From positions 155,670 through 219,669 of the forward strand of contig DHGX01000004.1 of the NCBI GenBank assembly GCA_002402995.1: DNA of 64,000 nucleotides. Direction: 5' to 3'. Within the stretch, counting starts at the first letter, position 1. The number at the start of each line of letters is the position of its first letter. Below, piece by piece: positions 58,637 through 64,000 of the stretch. Source of the DNA: Patescibacteria group bacterium UBA4787. Lineage in GTDB: Bacteria > Patescibacteriota > Patescibacteriia > UBA2591 > UBA4787. The notes beneath the pieces are model-generated. The model saw nothing but the letters and a program-made list of their open reading frames with translations, had not been told where the DNA came from and did no database searches. The position numbers and the translations under genes are program-made.

Positions 58637-58818
58637 TATAATTGGCAGCGAGGATGTCAAACAAAAGTCTTCTTTTGATTTGACTCCGAGCGAACCAATT
58701 TCACGAAGCGAAACGAGTATAATTGGTGACCGGAGGAACAGACAAATTTTTTGTCTGATTCCGGACTTGCCCCGTCCAACGGCGGGGGTGAACCAATTTC
58801 ACAAACAAAAGAAGTATA
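58637..58818 (+). repeat. Two head-to-tail Family A repeats sharing one TATA (58637-58721 and 58718-58818)
   Basis: First is the inverse of the 57872-58080 unit; second matches 39055-39159. Confidence 0.88.
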
Positions 58819-58820
58819 TT

Positions 58821-59198
58821 GGGGATGAATAAAATCGACGAGAAAGAACAGATAAAGATGGCTTTCCGCTCGAAGGTAAGCGCGTTCCTTCAAAAATACA
58901 AATGCCAATTTATTTGGTAGACTAAAGCAAGCTTCTCAGCCTGCTTATAGTCTTGCTGTGGCTTAACAAAGCCGTGGCCGCTAAAAGTTTGACTCCTGTT
59001 AAAACTTGAAGCGCTTAATCAGCAGGATTAGCTTAAACGAATCCGGCCTAATTCGTTTGGCGAAACAAATTTGGCCATGGTTAATATGGATTTTGTTTGG
59101 TTTTTACCATAATAACCGAGATCAAAACCGAACTACGAAGGTAGAGGTCTTTATTTAACTTTCTTCGGACGGGGGTGAAATACCCCCCATCTCCACCA
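58821..59198 (+). ncRNA. ssrA: tmRNA
   Basis: 5' GGGGATG pairs with 3' CATCTCC-ACCA; TCGAC near the 5' end; tag ORF 58904-58966 ANLFGRLKQASQPAYSLAVA*; downstream of smpB. Confidence 0.93.
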
Positions 59199-59229
59199 AA
59201 ATTAATTTTAATTAAGTAACGAAAAAACT

Positions 59230-59727
59230 ATTAAGTACTATCACCTTAATCAAAATATCCGCGCTCTTCAAGTAAAATTAATCGACGACGAGGGAAATTT
59301 TATTGGCATAACGAATACGTCAGACGCTATTCAAATGGCCAAAGAAAAAGGTTTCGATTTGGTAGAAATTAATCCCAAAGAAGATCCGCCCATTGCCAAG
59401 ATAATGGATTTCGGACAATTCAAATACCAAATGGCCAAGAATGAAAAAAAACAAAAGCCGAAATCACTTGAAATTAAGGTTATAAAACTATCCGTAAGAA
59501 TCGGACAACACGATATTGAGCTTAAAGCCGCGCAAGCCAAAAAATTAATGGAAAGAGGAAATAAGATAAAAGTTGAAGTTTTTCTAAGGGGCCGAGAAAG
59601 GATGCACGCCAATTTGGGCGAAGAAATAATTAAAAAATTTATTGAAATTATCAAAGAATATATTAAAATAGAACAGCCGATAGCTAAAGTCGGAAATGCT
59701 ATTTCCGCCATTCTAACTAAAAAATAA
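59230..59727 (+). CDS. infC: Translation initiation factor IF-3 with an ATT start codon
   Basis: In-frame extension IKYYHLNQNIRALQVKLIDDEG...DLVEI...PPIAKIMDFG; upstream in-frame stop at 59209 and no ATG/GTG/TTG between it and the N-domain. Confidence 0.9.
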   Translation: MKYYHLNQNIRALQVKLIDDEGNFIGITNTSDAIQMAKEKGFDLVEINPKEDPPIAKIMDFGQFKYQMAKNEKKQKPKSLEIKVIKLSVRIGQHDIELKAAQAKKLMERGNKIKVEVFLRGRERMHANLGEEIIKKFIEIIKEYIKIEQPIAKVGNAISAILTKK

Positions 59728-59732
59728 AAGAT

Positions 59733-59927
59733 ATGAAGAAAAAAACGAAAAAATTAATTTCCAAAAGATTCGTTATCAAGGGCAAGAAAAAAAATAGAAA
59801 ACTAATGCATCTATCCTGCGGTAGCGCTCACTTCAACGCTAAAGAGAAAGGAAAAACCACTAAGAATAAAAGAAGGTCCAAAGTTTTATCTAATAGGATC
59901 AAAAAAGTGATTATAAAATATATATGA
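59733..59927 (+). CDS. rpmI: 50S ribosomal protein L35
   Basis: KTKK..SKRF, HFNAK; lies between infC and rplT. Confidence 0.85.
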   Translation: MKKKTKKLISKRFVIKGKKKNRKLMHLSCGSAHFNAKEKGKTTKNKRRSKVLSNRIKKVIIKYI

Positions 59928-59928
59928 T

Positions 59929-60013
59929 GGGCATTAACCCCTTGTTTTGTCTTCGCTCGGAGAAAATGTAAAACTGTCGTTTCTCATTTTACTCTTCACT
60001 CGACAAAATAAAA
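59929..60013 (-). repeat. Family B repeat upstream of rplT
   Basis: GGGCATTAACCCCTTGTTTTGTCTTCGCTCGGAG...CTCGACAAAATAAAAT. Confidence 0.75.
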
Positions 60014-60075
60014 TATTTTTGGTTTAATTTATTTAATTTAAAAGAATAATATTTTAAGAATAATATTTTAAATAT

Positions 60076-60420
60076 ATGGCGAGAGTTAAACGCGGCAAAG
60101 CGCATTTAAAACACAGAAAACATCTTCTTAGGCAAGCTAAGGGTTATCGGTGGGGGCGAAAAAGCAAAATAAAATTAGCCAAAACGGCTATTTATAAAGC
60201 TGGGGCTTATGCTTATCGTGACCGCAGAGCCAAAAAAAGAACTATGCGCGCCCTGTGGCAAATTCGCATAAACGCCGCCTGTCGAGAAGCCGGATTAAGT
60301 TATAGCAAATTTATCAATTTATTAAAAATAAATAAGATTGACTTAGATAGAAAAATCCTGGCCGACCTAGCCCTGAACAATCCTGAAGTCTTTAAAAAGA
60401 TAGTTGGGAAAATCAGTTAG
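60076..60420 (+). CDS. rplT: 50S ribosomal protein L20
   Basis: MARVKRG, AKGYRWGR, YAYRDRR, LWQIRINAA, LDRKILADLA. Confidence 0.98.
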   Translation: MARVKRGKAHLKHRKHLLRQAKGYRWGRKSKIKLAKTAIYKAGAYAYRDRRAKKRTMRALWQIRINAACREAGLSYSKFINLLKINKIDLDRKILADLALNNPEVFKKIVGKIS

Positions 60421-60429
60421 TTCGCCGCG

Positions 60430-60503
60430 ATTTTATTTGCGAGCGAGCGAGAGAAGAGCAAATGAATTTGCTTTTCCGAGCGAGCGAAGCAAACACAGGA
60501 TTT
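60430..60503 (+). repeat. Family B repeat downstream of rplT, opposite orientation to the upstream copy
   Basis: ATTTTATTTGCGAGCGAGCGAGAGAAGAGCAAATGAATTTGCTTTTCCGAGCGAGCGAAGCAAACACAGG. Confidence 0.75.
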
Positions 60504-60527
60504 TATTATCCTTTATCTGATATAATT

Positions 60528-60602
60528 GGTCGCGTGGTGTAGCCCGGTTAACACGCCTCCCTGTCACGGAGGAGATCGAGGGTTCGAATCCCTTCGCGAC
60601 CG
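60528..60602 (+). tRNA. tRNA-Asp(GTC)
   Basis: GGTCGCG/CGCGACC acceptor, CCTCC-CTGTCAC-GGAGG, T loop TTCGAAT. Confidence 0.95.
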
Positions 60603-60619
60603 CTTTTATAAATTATAGA

Positions 60620-60737
60620 TAGGATTCGAACGCCGGAACGATTTTCGCCAGCAGGCGAAAACGCGAGGCGGTGCCTAGCCCGAGGAACGCGACTGGCGCG
60701 ACGAGAGGCGAAGGCGAATCCCTTCGCGACCGCTTTT
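60620..60737 (+). repeat. tRNA-linked repeat with an inverted T-arm copy and a direct duplicate of the tRNA-Asp 3' end
   Basis: GGATTCGAAC near 60623; CGAATCCCTTCGCGACCGCTTTT at 60585-60607 and 60715-60737. Confidence 0.8.
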
Positions 60738-60750
60738 TACAATATTTATA

Positions 60751-60778
60751 AAATTCCGCCTGCTTGGGCGGAATTTTA
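60751..60778. terminator. Bidirectional terminator-like hairpin
   Basis: AAAATTCCGCCT-gctt-GGGCGGAATTTT. Confidence 0.7.
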
Positions 60779-60823
60779 TTATTTATATCTCTTGTTTATA
60801 TTTATTTATTTATTTATTAATTA

Positions 60824-61075
60824 TTATTTCTCTCTTTTTTTCACGAAAAATGCTTCGTCGCCGCTGGAAATATTCAAATCCGTCAAAGGAACGCCTGGAA
60901 ACTCTTCCTCTACAATTTTTATAAATTCGGTAATCGAGGGAGCCGGATGAGCTAAAAAAGAAAATTCAACAATTTTTTCTCCTTCGTGCTCTACCACCCA
61001 ATATCTCTTTTTGTAGTCAATTTTTTGTTCTGTCGCATCCTCAAATGCTTGAGGGGCCACACCTTTTTCAGTCAT
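60824..61075 (-). CDS. Hypothetical protein
   Basis: 83-aa ORF directly downstream of tRNA-Arg. Confidence 0.55.
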   Translation of the reverse strand: MTEKGVAPQAFEDATEQKIDYKKRYWVVEHEGEKIVEFSFLAHPAPSITEFIKIVEEEFPGVPLTDLNISSGDEAFFVKKREK

Positions 61076-61097
61076 ATATTTATTTTACTCTATAAAA

Positions 61098-61172
61098 TGG
61101 TGCCCCCAAGAGGAATCGGACCTCTATCCCAGGTTCCGCAAACCTGTGCTCTATCCATTGAGCTATGAGGGC
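61098..61172 (-). tRNA. tRNA-Arg(GCG), CCA encoded
   Basis: GCCCTCA/TGGGGGC acceptor, CAGGT-TTGCGGA-ACCTG, T loop TCCGATT. Confidence 0.92.
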
Positions 61173-61222
61173 AATTATAAACATATTTATAGCTGGAATT
61201 TAATCATCTTCTCAAACCCTAT

Positions 61223-61283
61223 TCTATCCACTCCGACGCTTCGGTCGGAGCCCCGACTTTACGTCGGGGTTGAGCTATGAGGG
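61223..61283 (-). pseudogene. Duplicate of the tRNA-Arg 5' end with a 39-bp double hairpin in the D loop
   Basis: CCCTCATAGCTCAA[insert 61231-61269]TGGATAGA matches the 5' end of the adjacent tRNA-Arg. Confidence 0.75.
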
Positions 61284-61284
61284 A

Positions 61285-61818
61285 TTATATTTTCAGCCAA
61301 CGATTTAAACGATCAACAATATTCTCTTCTTCTTTAGATAAATCTTCTAATAAATAATTTTTTAATATTTCTCTAATCTTTACGGGGTTTTCGTTTTCTA
61401 GGGGGATAGAAAAATCCGTTAATAAAACATTTTTCAAGTCGAGATACAATAGTTTAATCTGGGGTGGCTTATAAACCAAACGAAAGTTTTTTATATCTTT
61501 CCACGCATAACAACTATTTCCCACATTGATACCATCTTCGGTGATAACGCATTCTAAATTTCTTGGCGCTTGGCGCATATTTAAAATAAAAATCGCGACG
61601 CCCAAAACGATAATTAATAAAAATAATAAATTACCAACAAAAAGAGAATAAATGACCATAACCGACAATACGGCAATCATGCAAATATACCACCACCTAG
61701 TTTTTGGCAATTTGCGGTATTCCGGGAAACTCCATCTCGTCAAAATTTGCACTTGATCGTTGGATTCGTCATTGTTCAATTCTGTGTTCGTTTGATTAAT
61801 GTTTTGATCTTTGACCAT
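61285..61818 (-). CDS. Conserved-looking 2-TM hypothetical protein with a PH-like C-terminus
   Basis: WSFPEY...WW, two TMs, ITEDGI...YAWKDIKNF. Confidence 0.75.
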   Translation of the reverse strand: MVKDQNINQTNTELNNDESNDQVQILTRWSFPEYRKLPKTRWWYICMIAVLSVMVIYSLFVGNLLFLLIIVLGVAIFILNMRQAPRNLECVITEDGINVGNSCYAWKDIKNFRLVYKPPQIKLLYLDLKNVLLTDFSIPLENENPVKIREILKNYLLEDLSKEEENIVDRLNRWLKI

Positions 61819-61852
61819 AGTTATATTTTTAATTTTATTATATTTGAAAAAA

Positions 61853-61937
61853 CGGTGGGGGCGAGATTCGAACTCGCGAGGGTTTTATCCCTAACGGTTT
61901 TCAAGACCGTCCCATTCAACCGCTCTGGCACCCCACC
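61853..61937 (-). tRNA. tRNA-Ser(TGA)
   Basis: GGTGGGG acceptor, ACGGT-CTTGAAA-ACCGT, long variable arm, T loop TTCGAAT. Confidence 0.95.
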
Positions 61938-61940
61938 ACA

Positions 61941-61975
61941 CAATAACCCATAACCGATAACCTATAACTCATAAC
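61941..61975. repeat. Heptamer tandem repeat (NNATAAC x5)
   Basis: CAATAAC CCATAAC CGATAAC CTATAAC TCATAAC. Confidence 0.75.
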
Positions 61976-62133
61976 AACAAACAACTAACTAACTAAATTA
62001 TTTTAGCATCATTTTCGGCCTTGCGTCAAGGCAAACGAATTGGGAGCGCATAGTTAAAAACAACACCCACAAAACAACTTGCCCAAAGGTGGGTTATTTT
62101 TAAAATTTCGCTATAAAGGGTACTAACCCTGTG

Positions 62134-62256
62134 TTATCTGTGTTTTCTTTTTTTAGCTTTTGCCTCAAGCATAAGCCGCTTAATTTCAAGCCGCTTGGCT
62201 GTTTTATGAGAGCGCGATCTTCTCTCCTTTCCAACTGCATTAGCTCTTTTTGCCAT
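62134..62256 (-). CDS. 40-aa basic small protein, below the ORF-track cutoff
   Basis: MAKRANAVGKERRSRSHKTAKRLEIKRLMLEAKAKKRKHR*; stop lies in a Family B end (62112-62143). Confidence 0.55.
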   Translation of the reverse strand: MAKRANAVGKERRSRSHKTAKRLEIKRLMLEAKAKKRKHR

Positions 62257-62468
62257 ATAAATTTTATTAAGATAAGTTATTTAGTTTCGATAATTTGTTG
62301 TCATGGCGGGGACGATATCCGGAACTTTGAACCGAAAATACGGCTCAAATTCAGGGATATTGATAAAAGTATACGTGAATTAAGGGCTATGTACAAGGTT
62401 CATCCTGAATGGTTTGAGACACCTCATTCAGAGTCTAGTGGGGACAAAAATGAGGTGGATTATTCTGT

Positions 62469-64000
62469 TTAATTCAAATCCAAAAATTTCCAACCCTTTA
62501 TATCTTTTGGATTATACTTGTATTCTTTCTCGGTAAAATATAGCCAACTTTTCTTTTCATATCTTACAATTCCACCATCAATTTTTTTCTTCTTCTGTTC
62601 GGCAATATATTTTATCAATCCATCGGAGCGAGATTTCGCAAGTTCCGCAGTATATCCTGATTTTGTGTCAAAAAGTCCAATAGTTCCATTTTTCATCATC
62701 ACAATAAAATCAACATAAAATGCTTTTTCTTGTCCATACTCAATGTGTGGCACAGCAAAAAATGATCCATCTTGTTTCCCGTTTCTAAACCACCAAACAA
62801 CTCTCTTCGCATTTTCTAAGTATTTAATAAAATCATTTTCAATTTCACTATCCTCAAACAATCGCCCAGTTTCTCCGTCCCGAGAGCGAGCGTAGTATGG
62901 TTGCATAATGGACTTCTTGTAATTTTGCTCCACGAATGACGGATCAAAATTGATAGCTTCCGGTACATTCCACGGCTCGTCATTTTTTATAAGTTCTTTT
63001 TTGCCTTTTCCAACTTCGGTTTTATACAAATCTTTCGCGAGATTGATAGTATCGATTACAGCTTGGCGATTCTTTTCAGACGAAAGTATAGTTGCTTGTA
63101 TTTTAGGCCATTCGTCCTCTTTGCGCCGTGCGCCAAAGAAAGTATAGATAGAATCGTTTATGCGCTTTATAGAGCGAGTTTCGGGTGCAAATGGATCAAG
63201 ATTATCAAGTACAAACATATCAAAAGCATACTGCAATTCCGTCTCTGTCTTTGGCATAGAAAAAGTACTGCCATCAATTTTTGTGATTTCCTTATCAGCA
63301 TTTTCTACGCGACCATCTTTAATCATTGTAGTTTTTACAACTCCACCTTTTAGCGAGACATTTTTCAAACTCGTTTTCTCAGCCGCCTTTAGAAAAATTG
63401 ACACAAAATCAGAGGATAGGCGAGTTTCTTCACGGAATCGTTTTGAGTGATACGAAACTAGGTCAATATTTTTATACTTCTCATTACGATAACTTGTGAG
63501 GGGTTTGATACCAGACGAAGCACCTTTCAGAATACGAGTATTAATATCTTGCAAACTGGTGTAAAGATAAGCGATATTCAATTCTTGATCTTTGTAATGC
63601 TTTTGTTCGGGCATACGCATAATTCTTCCCAGTGTTTGAATTGAAAATGTCATCGTCTCATCTTTCCATTGTCGGAACAGTACAAGGATTGTCGCTCTCG
63701 GACAATCCCAGCCGAGTGCAATCGCTTGTTTGAACATCATTACTTCTACTTCATTTTCGTTCTTCTCAATGTTGGCGAGATTTATTTTATTATCTTTTTC
63801 AGAAAGATAGACGGCTAGCCTTCCGTTTTTTGTCGTATATCCAAATTTTGCAAGGAGCGCCTCAATTTCCTCTTTTTTATCGGGCACTCCTTTTTTTGTG
63901 TCCGGTAATTGAATAAGCAATAGCGGATTAACATTTGAACCATCTTTCTCCAGTTTTTTCCTCAATTCCAGTCTTTTCTGCAAAGCAGATTTCAAAATCA
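62469..64000 (-). CDS. Type III restriction enzyme Res subunit, C-terminal part (5' end beyond the window)
   Basis: NPLLLIQLP, FKQAIALGWDCPRA, IQTLGRIMRMP helicase motifs; WWFRNG...FYVDFIV...DTK nuclease motif. Confidence 0.88.
   Translation of the reverse strand, partial: ILKSALQKRLELRKKLEKDGSNVNPLLLIQLPDTKKGVPDKKEEIEALLAKFGYTTKNGRLAVYLSEKDNKINLANIEKNENEVEVMMFKQAIALGWDCPRATILVLFRQWKDETMTFSIQTLGRIMRMPEQKHYKDQELNIAYLYTSLQDINTRILKGASSGIKPLTSYRNEKYKNIDLVSYHSKRFREETRLSSDFVSIFLKAAEKTSLKNVSLKGGVVKTTMIKDGRVENADKEITKIDGSTFSMPKTETELQYAFDMFVLDNLDPFAPETRSIKRINDSIYTFFGARRKEDEWPKIQATILSSEKNRQAVIDTINLAKDLYKTEVGKGKKELIKNDEPWNVPEAINFDPSFVEQNYKKSIMQPYYARSRDGETGRLFEDSEIENDFIKYLENAKRVVWWFRNGKQDGSFFAVPHIEYGQEKAFYVDFIVMMKNGTIGLFDTKSGYTAELAKSRSDGLIKYIAEQKKKKIDGGIVRYEKKSWLYFTEKEYKYNPKDIKGWKFLDLN

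Noticed and set aside
62131-62472. 113-aa plus-strand ORF
   Set aside because: Starts inside a repeat end and overlaps the more plausible 40-aa minus-strand ORF; the 3' part may be a gene remnant but cannot be identified
60715-64000. Prophage or island integrated at tRNA-Asp that includes the restriction gene
   Set aside because: The duplicated 3' end encloses only about 107 bp, and there is no integrase or phage gene in the window

Overview
AT-rich bacterial chromosome segment. Gene content, gene order and the SD-poor core genes look like a Patescibacteria/CPR (Parcubacteria-like) genome; this is an inference, not a classification. It carries housekeeping genes (mraZ-rsmH-ftsL-ftsI-murF, murI, ruvX, pheS/pheT, trpS, groES/groEL with CIRCE, secG, rnj, smpB + tmRNA, infC-rpmI-rplT, ackA, pduL, folD, tatD, ftsE), several glycosyltransferases, 7 intact tRNAs, a few accessory genes and a partial type III restriction subunit. 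The main unexplained signal is a set of small structured, transposase-less DNA elements that nest inside each other. They insert in frame into elp3 and pheT, bracket smpB and rplT as inverted pairs, and interrupt tRNA genes. Removing three of them at 46801-47099 restores an exact 76-nt tRNA-Glu, and the one in its anticodon loop carries a second, intact tRNA-Glu(CTC). Other highlights are an intact NlpC/P60 peptidase domain inside the B5 domain of PheT, a divergent Elp3 + Trm9/ALKBH8-like methyltransferase pair, and a half-MFS/peptide deformylase fusion. All calls come from reading the sequence by eye; no searches were run.
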